Part shown: positions 9,080-17,443 of the stretch, piece by piece
Layout: every line of letters starts with the position of its first letter
How positions within the stretch are numbered: position 1 is the first letter of the stretch
Source: a virus
Direction: 5' to 3' (one strand)
DNA length: 64,000 bases
Virus record (IMG/VR): IMGVR_UViG_3300020051_000004
Program-made: the position numbers and the translations under genes
The notes under the pieces: generated by a model
What the model saw: only the letters and a program-made list of their open reading frames with translations
What the model was told of the DNA's origin: nothing
Database searches by the model: none

Positions 9080-9631
9080 TTAGTCTAGATAGGAAAATTT
9101 ACAATCGCCCGCTTGTTTGTTTAAAAGAATTGCGCCGCAAGCAAATCCTCCAGTATTCCATCCTTTTGGCGTATCGGTCAACAATACCTCTCGAATATAA
9201 AAGCCAGCTTCTCTAATTATCCTTAATCTTTTTCGGAGAGCAAGAATATGAGAGACGGTTCCATAAGTTACGATATTATCCGCAATCTGCATCGACTTTT
9301 CCAAGAACGGAACGTATTTACTGAACGGGAAATTTGTAATTAGCCAATCAAACTTTTGGCCGCAAAAATCTTTTTCTAAAAAGTCGCGCCCTTCTGATAG
9401 TTCGCACCAATCTACATTAGTATCCTCTCCAAAAACTTTCATTGCATTATAAAACGCGCCGTTTCCTCTGCATGGCTCAATGAACGCATCATCCGAATAC
9501 ATTGTGTAGTTTCTATAAAAATACTGAACAATTTTCTGCGCCAAATCTGGTGGCGTCATTACAACGTCCTTGTCTGGGGAATTTTTAGGCGGCGCTAGGC
9601 GTCTCTTTTTTTGTTGTTTTGTTTCGCTCAT
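9080..9631 (-). CDS. Amino (probably N6-adenine) DNA methyltransferase
   Basis: VMTP, IEPCRGNGAF SAM-binding motif, ITNFPF (NPPF variant); likely start MSETK at 9631. Confidence 0.75.
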   Translation of the reverse strand: MSETKQQKKRRLAPPKNSPDKDVVMTPPDLAQKIVQYFYRNYTMYSDDAFIEPCRGNGAFYNAMKVFGEDTNVDWCELSEGRDFLEKDFCGQKFDWLITNFPFSKYVPFLEKSMQIADNIVTYGTVSHILALRKRLRIIREAGFYIREVLLTDTPKGWNTGGFACGAILLNKQAGDCKFSYLD

Positions 9632-9632
9632 A

Positions 9633-10217
9633 TTACTTATCTTTTCTTGGGCCGAAATGGGCGCTCGCATAATCGGCGCTATGAAGCAACCACGCTTCTA
9701 GCGTTTGTGGCTCTTTAATGCTCCCCCAATCTTTTCTTCCGTGATGCCCAATAATGCAGTGCTGCACTTTCTGAATCGTTTCGCGGCTAACTCCAGCAGA
9801 AATTGCCGCCGCTGTAAATTCGGCGGTTGATCCTGTTACGTGGTGAATTTTATTTTTGTATTCCAAGTCAGCAACATAGGCTTTTTTATAATATTCTTCG
9901 TCTTTAGACAACACATGGTATTTTGGCAAATCTTGACCATTAAAGTAGGTGATTAGTTTATAATCCCAGATTTTAGCGTAATCATGCCAGAGAGCAGACG
10001 CAATTAAAATATCCAAATCTGTTTGCGGGAAAGCTTTTGACAGAGCAACGGTGTAGTCTAAAACCTCTAATGTATGGACTAGTAAACCTCCAACATACCC
10101 ATGATGAATGCCTGTTGAAGCTGGATGCGTGAAAAAGTCTGGGGTGTCAAGAATTTTTTGACAACTTTTCCTTAGATTTGGTTCTTCTATCAGGTTTATG
10201 TAGTGGTATATATTCAT
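9633..10217 (-). CDS. HD-domain phosphohydrolase (YhaM-like)
   Basis: PAS..HH..GGLLVHT, WHDYAK, GHHG, LHSAD; likely start MNIYHY at 10217. Confidence 0.8.
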   Translation of the reverse strand: MNIYHYINLIEEPNLRKSCQKILDTPDFFTHPASTGIHHGYVGGLLVHTLEVLDYTVALSKAFPQTDLDILIASALWHDYAKIWDYKLITYFNGQDLPKYHVLSKDEEYYKKAYVADLEYKNKIHHVTGSTAEFTAAAISAGVSRETIQKVQHCIIGHHGRKDWGSIKEPQTLEAWLLHSADYASAHFGPRKDK

Positions 10218-10220
10218 GGC

Positions 10221-10226
10221 GTGTAA
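10221..10226 (+). promoter_or_regulatory. GTGTAA putative late promoter
   Basis: Motif shared by upstream regions of structural genes. Confidence 0.6.
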
Positions 10227-10251
10227 TCTATTGTGGACAAAGGAAACTACG

Positions 10252-11151
10252 ATGGCAAACTTTATTTCTTTCACTCAAGCGCCTGTTTATTTAGGAACAG
10301 TTGAGACTCAAGTTCCTCAAACTGGAATCGCAGGCTTGAGTAATTTAATTGCGGCGAACTCTTGTGATTTGTCTTTCGATTCTTCATTGGATGCGTCAAA
10401 GTATCTTGGGAAACAGCCTGTGTCAAATGATTTTTTTGTTACGGGGCCGAAAACTTCTAAAGTGTCGATTTCCTACATTCCTCTTGTGGGCAGCAATTTG
10501 CTAGAAGGAATCCAAGAGGCGGCGCTTCTCCCTTTTTCTCTCACGGGGCAATTTCAATCTGGGCACTGTATTAGAGTGGGCGATTTCTTGTTCAAGCAAT
10601 GTTACTTGGACTCTTTGGGCGTGCAAATTACGCCTAATTCTCCTGTTCGATTAAATGCTCAATTTACGTCTTATGATTCGTCACAAGTTGAAAATGATGT
10701 TTATTCTGGGTTCAGCGACTCTGCTGGTTTTGTGGTTTCTACGAATACTGGAGCAAGTTACAGCGCTGTTCATGCGTTAGCAATGAATGTGTCTGGGTCA
10801 TCTTATTTGCCCGAAAGTAAAACTGACATCACGATAAACTATCAAATGTCACGCACGCCTGTTTACGAAATCGGCTCTTCGCGGCCAAAAACAGTTTTCT
10901 TAAACGCTGTCTCGCGCCAAACAAGCATTTCCGCTGAAAACATTGGCGAGGTCATCACTTTTTCAGGGAAAAGCGCCGTTTTAAATTTAAAGTTTGCGGA
11001 GTTTGGCCGATTGATGGAAGAAAGCTTTGATCCCGCCACGGACTACCGTTTTAGAATAGACGTAACGGGCAAAATTAATTCCCAAAACTTGTCAATGTCC
11101 CCAGGAAGAGTCTTAGAAGGAAAGTTGAGCATCGTAGAGAATATTTTTTGA
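10252..11151 (+). CDS. Tail tube-like virion protein (orphan paralog)
   Basis: CYLDSLGVQITP and YQMSRTPVYEIGS parallel motifs in 33603..34760, 46532..47323 and 49578..51233; AGGA before ATG 10252. Confidence 0.55.
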   Translation: MANFISFTQAPVYLGTVETQVPQTGIAGLSNLIAANSCDLSFDSSLDASKYLGKQPVSNDFFVTGPKTSKVSISYIPLVGSNLLEGIQEAALLPFSLTGQFQSGHCIRVGDFLFKQCYLDSLGVQITPNSPVRLNAQFTSYDSSQVENDVYSGFSDSAGFVVSTNTGASYSAVHALAMNVSGSSYLPESKTDITINYQMSRTPVYEIGSSRPKTVFLNAVSRQTSISAENIGEVITFSGKSAVLNLKFAEFGRLMEESFDPATDYRFRIDVTGKINSQNLSMSPGRVLEGKLSIVENIF

Positions 11152-11179
11152 TTGACACCTTGTTATTCCATGCTAGATT
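11152..11179 (+). promoter_or_regulatory. Sigma70-type promoter, near-leaderless
   Basis: TTGACA-16 nt-TAGATT with extended TG, 8 nt before ATG 11188. Confidence 0.6.
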
Positions 11180-11187
11180 AGAAGTCT

Positions 11188-11913
11188 ATGATACAAAAAT
11201 TAATTCTTGGAGATTGTTTAGAGAAAATGAAGGAGATTCCAGATAAAAGCGTTAGCATGGTGTTATGCGATCTTCCTTATGGAACAACCAAATGTTCGTG
11301 GGATGTTATTTTGCCATTTGAAATTCTCTGGAAGGAGTATAGAAGGGTTATAAAGCCAAATTCTGCCATAGTTCTCCATGGCTCCCAGCCGTTTACGTCT
11401 CTCTTGGTAGCTTCTAACATTAAAGAGTTTAAACATGAGTGGATATGGAAAAAAAGCAGAAGCGGTTCTGCGTTAACCGCCAAATATGCTCCAGTAAAAA
11501 GGCATGAGAACATACTAGTCTTTTGTAAAGGAAGAGTTAATTACTATCCTCAAATGCAAAGCGGGGAACCTTATTCAAGGAAAGGTTATTCTTTGAAAAC
11601 AAATAATCACAGACTTGGTTTAAAGGAAATTAATGTAACAAACACTGGAACAAGATTTCCTATCAGCGTGCAAGATTTTAAACAAAACTGGAGTAAGCAG
11701 CAGCAAATTCATCCCACTCAAAAACCTACCGAATTGTCTGAATGGTTAATCAGAAGTTATTCAAAAGAGGGAGACTTAATTCTCGACAACTGCATGGGCA
11801 GCGGAACAACCTGTCTTGCGGCTAAAAGGTTAAATCGTCAATTCATTGGTATTGAAAAGGACGAAATTTATTTTAAAATAGCAGAGAAAAGAATACATGA
11901 AGCCAAAATTTAA
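11188..11913 (+). CDS. N4-cytosine/N6-adenine DNA methyltransferase, beta class
   Basis: GDCLE, CDLPYG (motif IV), HPTQKP, LDNCMGSGTT (motif I), FIGIE. Confidence 0.9.
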   Translation: MIQKLILGDCLEKMKEIPDKSVSMVLCDLPYGTTKCSWDVILPFEILWKEYRRVIKPNSAIVLHGSQPFTSLLVASNIKEFKHEWIWKKSRSGSALTAKYAPVKRHENILVFCKGRVNYYPQMQSGEPYSRKGYSLKTNNHRLGLKEINVTNTGTRFPISVQDFKQNWSKQQQIHPTQKPTELSEWLIRSYSKEGDLILDNCMGSGTTCLAAKRLNRQFIGIEKDEIYFKIAEKRIHEAKI

Positions 11914-12523
11914 ACAAGGAGAAATAATTAATGACTTAGAAATACTTTCTTATGCAAAAAGCAGAACGTCTCCATCTGGAGCTATTAAAAAATATTACAA
12001 TGTAAAATGCAAAAAATGCGGAAACGAAAAGGAGATGAATACGCAGACTATTCAAAACGCAAAATCCTGTGGTTGCGTTGGTAATAAGGGTAAGCCGAAA
12101 CCGCTGAACTCAGGGAAGAAATCTCCGATTGGGACAATCGTTCAAATCAATACGTTAATATCTATTTACAATTCCAATGCTAAGAAAAGAGGAATAGATT
12201 TTAATCTAAGTTATACTGATTTTGCAAGCTTGATTAAGTCTGACTGTTTCTTTTGTAATGAAAAGCCATCAAATCTACTAAAAAAGAAGGGTTATGAGGA
12301 TTTCTCCTATAATGGAATTGATAGAATTGATAATAATATTGGTTATGTTTTAGACAACTGTGTTAGTTGTTGCAGTTGGTGTAATCAAGCCAAAAACGAT
12401 AAAGAATTCTATTTTTTTATTAAAAAATGTATGAGCATTTCTAAAAATTTTGAAAAAGAAGAAAAGTACTATAATATCGCCCACAAAAGAATTTTCGGAA
12501 TAGATTCTCCTGAAACTGTTTAA
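11897..12523 (+). CDS. Free-standing HNH homing endonuclease
   Basis: CKKCG/SCGC N-terminus, CFFC, NGIDRIDNNIGYVLDNCVSCCSWCNQAK. Confidence 0.85.
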   Translation: MKPKFKQGEIINDLEILSYAKSRTSPSGAIKKYYNVKCKKCGNEKEMNTQTIQNAKSCGCVGNKGKPKPLNSGKKSPIGTIVQINTLISIYNSNAKKRGIDFNLSYTDFASLIKSDCFFCNEKPSNLLKKKGYEDFSYNGIDRIDNNIGYVLDNCVSCCSWCNQAKNDKEFYFFIKKCMSISKNFEKEEKYYNIAHKRIFGIDSPETV

Positions 12524-12534
12524 TATAATACAAC

Positions 12535-13275
12535 ATGGCTAAATCCCCTCCGTCCAAAAAGAAGGCTGCTGACAAATCTCCAAAAGTTTTTCAGCGGGAA
12601 AAAATCTCCTACGACTTGCATATCAGAGAAAGGGATGATTTAACGGAAAAGCAAATTGAAATTTTAAAAGCGGCGCTTGATAAGGATACTCGCGCCATTG
12701 CCGTAGATGGTTTATTCGGAAGCGGAAAGACGTACATCGCAGTTCTAGCTGCGCTAAAGCTTTTACAACAAAAGAAGGTTGATCAGATCATTTATGTGCG
12801 CAACCCTATTGAAAGCACAAAGAGTGGTAAGGTCGGGTTTCTTAAAGGCGAACTCTCTGAGAAGCTAGCTCCATATACCTGTATTGTTTATGATAAACTA
12901 GAAGAGCTTTTGCCTCCTTCTGAAATTGAATTACTGAAAGAAGAAAATAGAGTTGATTCAACAAGTGTTGGATTTGTTCAGGGGAAAAATTGGGCGTGCA
13001 AAGCTGTTATCGTTGACGAAGCATCTTGTATGGACTTTGCCTCAATTCTTCTTTTGCTTACGCGATGTGGGGAATTTACTCGTATTTTCTTTATTGGCGA
13101 TGAAAAAAATCAGGCGGATATTAGGAATCCTGGGCTTGCCAATATGATGGAAAAATTCAACGACGAAATCTCCAGAGAGAATGGTATTCATTGTTTTGAA
13201 CTTTTTGATAAGGCTGATGTCGTCAGAAGTGCATTTGTGAGATTTGTCCTAGAACATCTTGATGTTATTAAATAA
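12535..13275 (+). CDS. phoH: PhoH-family ATPase
   Basis: GLFGSGKT Walker A, GFLKGELSEKLAPY, IVDEA, LTR.G, IGD..QAD, DVVRS. Confidence 0.9.
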   Translation: MAKSPPSKKKAADKSPKVFQREKISYDLHIRERDDLTEKQIEILKAALDKDTRAIAVDGLFGSGKTYIAVLAALKLLQQKKVDQIIYVRNPIESTKSGKVGFLKGELSEKLAPYTCIVYDKLEELLPPSEIELLKEENRVDSTSVGFVQGKNWACKAVIVDEASCMDFASILLLLTRCGEFTRIFFIGDEKNQADIRNPGLANMMEKFNDEISRENGIHCFELFDKADVVRSAFVRFVLEHLDVIK

Positions 13276-13331
13276 TCCTTATCTTAGTTAAGATAAGTTC
13301 GTAGGTATTTAGGTTTGGTGTTATTATAAGT

Positions 13332-14564
13332 ATGACCCCATACTTAATGAAAATTACGGAAATCGCCGAACCTAATAAATATACCAAATGGTATTGTTCT
13401 ATTATTCTTAAAGCGCTCGAAAGACCGCAGGATAGAAAGATTTTAAAGGCAACTATCGGATACGTTGAATCTCATCATATTCTGCCTAAATCCTTTCAGT
13501 TAGGAGGGGAAAAGGATAAGAATAACTTGGTATTTTTAACCGCCAAGGAACATTTTATCGTTCATCTTTGCGCAACGAAAATGTTTAAATCTATTTTTAA
13601 AAATAAAATGGTATTCGCCTTTCAGCAGTTGAGGAGTTCTAATCCATATCAAAAAAATAGATATATAAGTTCTAGATTTTACGAGAAGCTCAAGCCGAAT
13701 TTCAAATCTTTTGTTCGCCTTTACAAAGGTCTCGAAATAAAATATCTTTATGAGACCCAAATAAGTGAAATATCACATCTTGAGGAATCTGGTTGGTCAA
13801 GAAAAATGACTGATGAGCGCAGACAATTGACTTCTGAAAGAGCACCAAGAGGAATAATCCGCTCGGAAGAAACAAGAGCCAAACAAAGTCTAGCTCTCAA
13901 GGGTAAACCAAGACCAGCAACTAGAGGGCGAAAACTTTCTGAAGCGGCCAAAACCAAGGCGGCTGAGACAAGAAAAAAATGGATCGAAGAGAATCCAGAA
14001 TTGTATCAAGAGTATTTAAATCAAATTTCCAAGAGGTCAAGAGAAATGCACGCACAGGGGATAATTAATCTTTCTGGAGAGAACAACGGAATGTTTGGGA
14101 AAAATCACTCTACAGAATCAAAAGAGAGAATGAGCGAAACTAGAAAACAAAATTGGGAAATTTTTAAGGCCGATGATGAGAAATTTGCCCTCTATCTTGA
14201 AGAAAGGAAAAGAATAAATCGAAAAACGTGGGAGAGTCAGGAGCTTCGAGATAAATGCAAGATTATTAGATCAAAGGCTTATCTTCAATATGGAATTCAC
14301 CCTCAAGAATTTTATGAGCAAAAATTAAGACCGCTTTTGCAATTGGGCTTTTTACCGACCGCTATTGTGAAATATCAATTATTAGATATGCACGCTGGTA
14401 GTATTAAATTATGGATTACGAGATACGGAACAGGGGATGACATGAATCTCTTTATTAGAAATAAGAAAAATGGCGCTGGAGCAAACAAAGCCTATATTAA
14501 ATTCCAAGAAGACCAATATAAAAAACACTTCTTTTGCGGCCCTCCTCATCCAAATGACTTATAA
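13332..14564 (+). CDS. HNH homing endonuclease with NUMOD3-type repeats
   Basis: ESHHILPKS...NLVFLTAKEHFIVH; RSEETRAKQS and NGMFGKNHSTESKERMS repeats. Confidence 0.85.
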   Translation: MTPYLMKITEIAEPNKYTKWYCSIILKALERPQDRKILKATIGYVESHHILPKSFQLGGEKDKNNLVFLTAKEHFIVHLCATKMFKSIFKNKMVFAFQQLRSSNPYQKNRYISSRFYEKLKPNFKSFVRLYKGLEIKYLYETQISEISHLEESGWSRKMTDERRQLTSERAPRGIIRSEETRAKQSLALKGKPRPATRGRKLSEAAKTKAAETRKKWIEENPELYQEYLNQISKRSREMHAQGIINLSGENNGMFGKNHSTESKERMSETRKQNWEIFKADDEKFALYLEERKRINRKTWESQELRDKCKIIRSKAYLQYGIHPQEFYEQKLRPLLQLGFLPTAIVKYQLLDMHAGSIKLWITRYGTGDDMNLFIRNKKNGAGANKAYIKFQEDQYKKHFFCGPPHPNDL

Positions 14565-14634
14565 TTTCCATAATTATCTAAGAAATTTCCCTAAACTCGT
14601 CTTTTTGTACCTACTCTGCATGTAAGTACTAGAT

Positions 14635-15303
14635 ATGGACGAACAGTTTATCGTAAAGCACCTTGGGGAATTAATTGCGGGCGGCGGCTCTTTGTTCATG
14701 CTGTTGTTCAAGTATCGAGAGTTAATAACTTTCGCGGCAACAAGTGGTAAGTATTTATGGAAGCCATTTAAGTATCTTTATGAGTTGGGCAAAATGCCGT
14801 TCCACTTGAATGAGCAAGCTAAAAAATCCCAAGAGCGCATTGACAAAATCGAATCAACCCTTGAAGAGCTAAACAAGTTTGTAAAAAAAGAACTAACATA
14901 CAACGGCGGATCAAGTACGAGAGACGCGCTGCGACGAATAGAGTGTTTGATGATTGAGCAGGAGTATGCGCAGAATGCTTTAATGCAAGACTCAAAACAC
15001 GGCGCATTTCGCTGCGATACTCACGGGAAAAACACTTGGGTCAACAGAACATACGCTCGATATTTAGGTTGCGGCGTTCAAGAATTACTTGGGTTAGGTT
15101 GGAAGCGTTTTGTCAAAACAGAAGAGTTGAAAAGATACAATGAAGTGTGGCAAGCAGCCTTCAAAGATGGTTGCGAGTATGAGGATATTGTAGAGTTCGT
15201 TAATACAAATGGACATGCTGTAAGGTTCAAGCTGTTAGTTTCTCCTATTGTAGATAAGCGCGGCGAAACTCTCTCTTACGTTGGGACAGTAATCCCGCTC
15301 TAA
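14635..15303 (+). CDS. Membrane-anchored coiled-coil protein with C-terminal PAS domain
   Basis: Hydrophobic N-terminus, ELTYNGGSSTRDALRRIE, then PAS-like FRCDTHG..TWVN..Y...LG....ELLGLGW...V. Confidence 0.7.
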   Translation: MDEQFIVKHLGELIAGGGSLFMLLFKYRELITFAATSGKYLWKPFKYLYELGKMPFHLNEQAKKSQERIDKIESTLEELNKFVKKELTYNGGSSTRDALRRIECLMIEQEYAQNALMQDSKHGAFRCDTHGKNTWVNRTYARYLGCGVQELLGLGWKRFVKTEELKRYNEVWQAAFKDGCEYEDIVEFVNTNGHAVRFKLLVSPIVDKRGETLSYVGTVIPL

Positions 15304-15366
15304 GAAAATCTTTCAAAAAAGTGTAACTAATTTTTAGGCAATTCGATTTATTGCCTATTATTTAGT

Positions 15367-15687
15367 ATGACGGCAAAATATTGTTTTAATTGCGGCACAA
15401 AAGCTCCTTCTTTGGCGGCGAAATTCTGTTCATCTTGTGGGACATCTCTAAGTCCAACTGAATTTTTAAAGCCCGCCCAAACTCAGGCAAAGGCTTCTGA
15501 GAAAATTGACCCGAGAGACTTTGATGAAAATGGAACTGACGTTTTTGAGGTTCCTGAGATTAGCGAATTAAAAGGTAGCGTGGAATTTGAGGGTTTTGGT
15601 TGGAACGGCTCCTCTGTTGGTGGCTCCTCTTTCACATTTACTGAGCGCGGCGCAATTCCATCTAAATTCAAGGCTCTCTCCAAGTAA
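15367..15687 (+). CDS. Zinc-ribbon protein
   Basis: YCFNCG...AKFCSSCG; GTGTAA upstream at 15321. Confidence 0.75.
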   Translation: MTAKYCFNCGTKAPSLAAKFCSSCGTSLSPTEFLKPAQTQAKASEKIDPRDFDENGTDVFEVPEISELKGSVEFEGFGWNGSSVGGSSFTFTERGAIPSKFKALSK

Positions 15688-16367
15688 TGCCTTATACTTT
15701 TGAGGAAAAATACAATGAAGTGCTAGACGTTGTGCGAAAGTATAACTCTAGGTGGCATTTAGACGCTCTTAGGTGGTTGGACTACGAAGACGTTTCCTCA
15801 GAAATTGTAACGCACGTTTGGAAAAAATGGCACCAATGGAACCAAGAACGCCCGCTAGCTCCTTGGGTTTCAACTATTTGCAAAAACCAGATTTTCAATA
15901 AGCTCCGTAATAATTTTACAAACTATGCGCGGCCATGTATTAAGTGCCCCAATAATTTAGAAGGCACTCATTGCTCAGCAACTTCTAACCACGAACAATG
16001 TTCCGAGTGTCCGATTTACGCTCATTGGATGACGAGCAAAAAGTCTGCGTATGATATTAAGTTGCCGCTTGAACTAGAAAACCACAAGGTTGAGATCAAC
16101 AACATACCATTTGATGAAGTGGATTATGATTTGGTCATGGTTCGTTTAATCAATGAGTTGACTGGTAAGTTGGACGAAAAATCTTTCGCCGTTTTTAAAA
16201 TGGCCAACTTAGACAAAAAGACAGACAAGGAGATCGTCTCTTTTTTGAAGTTGAAGCCAAAACCTGGGTTGGGCGTTATGAAACAACTTACGGATATTAA
16301 AGCTAATATCTTGGCTAGCGTTAAAATTATTATCAAAGAATCAGACATACAGGAGATGTTACAATGA
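15687..16367 (+). CDS. Phage sigma factor (ECF-like regions 2 and 4) with Cys-rich insert
   Basis: EDVSSEI...VWKK...RPLAPWVSTICKNQIFNKLR resembles region 2; LDEKSFAVF...TDKEIV resembles region 4. Confidence 0.65.
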   Translation: MPYTFEEKYNEVLDVVRKYNSRWHLDALRWLDYEDVSSEIVTHVWKKWHQWNQERPLAPWVSTICKNQIFNKLRNNFTNYARPCIKCPNNLEGTHCSATSNHEQCSECPIYAHWMTSKKSAYDIKLPLELENHKVEINNIPFDEVDYDLVMVRLINELTGKLDEKSFAVFKMANLDKKTDKEIVSFLKLKPKPGLGVMKQLTDIKANILASVKIIIKESDIQEMLQ

Positions 16368-17443
16368 CACCAAAAGTCTCATCGCAACACGAACTAACGC
16401 CCGAACAAAAAAAGGAAGTTTTGAGATTATTCAAGACTGACCCAAACATCGAAACGATTACTCAAAAAGTTTTCGATAATAAAAAACTTGATGGCCGCTG
16501 CTGGCAAGGAAAACTTGTTAGCAAATTCTTGGTTGAAGAAAATCTTGAGTACAAGACAACCAAGCCAGATAAAAAAGACACCACAAGAGAACTCACTCCC
16601 GAAGATAAAGAGTACATTATTTCGGCGATTAAAAACGGCGATACAATTATTGATGTTACGCGAGTAATTTTTCGCAACGACTCTTTGCAAAGGCAGTCTT
16701 ACGAGTGGAGAAAAGTTCAGACTTTTGTTTCAGCCAATAACTTAACTCCTACTAATGAGCAAGATGACGTTGCTATTGGCGAATATCAAGCGCCAAAAGA
16801 AATCAAGAGACTAGTTGACCTCGTTAACAACGCTCTAGGTTATGAATTTAGCGCCGAGAAAATTGTTTCGGGCAAGTATAAAACTTGGTTTGACAGATTG
16901 AGAATTAACCTAGACAATTCTCGCGTTCGCCGCATTATTAATGCTTACGAATCAAGAAGAGATAGGACGCTTTTTATTGATGAGTTTATTCGCTTAACTT
17001 TCGAGAAGCCTGATTTGACTCCTGATGAGTTGAACCTTTATATTCAAATCGTTCGCGACAACGTTAGCTTGGAAGTTCTTGAAGCTAAAATCAACAAGCT
17101 CAACGGAATGTTTCTTGACATTGAAGAAGCTCACGAATTAAAGCAGAATTTCTCTGAAAATTTAAAAGCGTGCGTTGATGAGAAGAACCAAATCACCAAG
17201 CGCATTGCTGACACAACTAAAAAGCTCCAAGGCGATAGGTCCGAGCGTTTAAAGAATAACAGCCGCGAAGATTTAAGTATCCTGACTATTGTTAATTTGA
17301 TTCAAGACCAAGAAGAGCGCGAAAAAGCCTTGCAACTTGCCGAAATGCAACGCGCCGCTATTTCTGAAGAGGCTAATAGATTTGAGAACCTTGATTCGTG
17401 GATTTGCCGAGTAATGGGAGTCTCCAAAGAGGAGGTGATTTAA
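16364..17443 (+). CDS. Hypothetical helical protein, possible terminase small subunit
   Basis: HTH-like repeats (ELTPEQK, ELTPEDK) plus coiled coil; position upstream of terminase. Confidence 0.45.
   Translation: MTPKVSSQHELTPEQKKEVLRLFKTDPNIETITQKVFDNKKLDGRCWQGKLVSKFLVEENLEYKTTKPDKKDTTRELTPEDKEYIISAIKNGDTIIDVTRVIFRNDSLQRQSYEWRKVQTFVSANNLTPTNEQDDVAIGEYQAPKEIKRLVDLVNNALGYEFSAEKIVSGKYKTWFDRLRINLDNSRVRRIINAYESRRDRTLFIDEFIRLTFEKPDLTPDELNLYIQIVRDNVSLEVLEAKINKLNGMFLDIEEAHELKQNFSENLKACVDEKNQITKRIADTTKKLQGDRSERLKNNSREDLSILTIVNLIQDQEEREKALQLAEMQRAAISEEANRFENLDSWICRVMGVSKEEVI

Noticed and set aside
11188-12523. Methyltransferase plus HNH as a type II restriction-modification pair
   Set aside because: The HNH resembles free-standing homing endonucleases, and the duplicated MTase tail points to insertion
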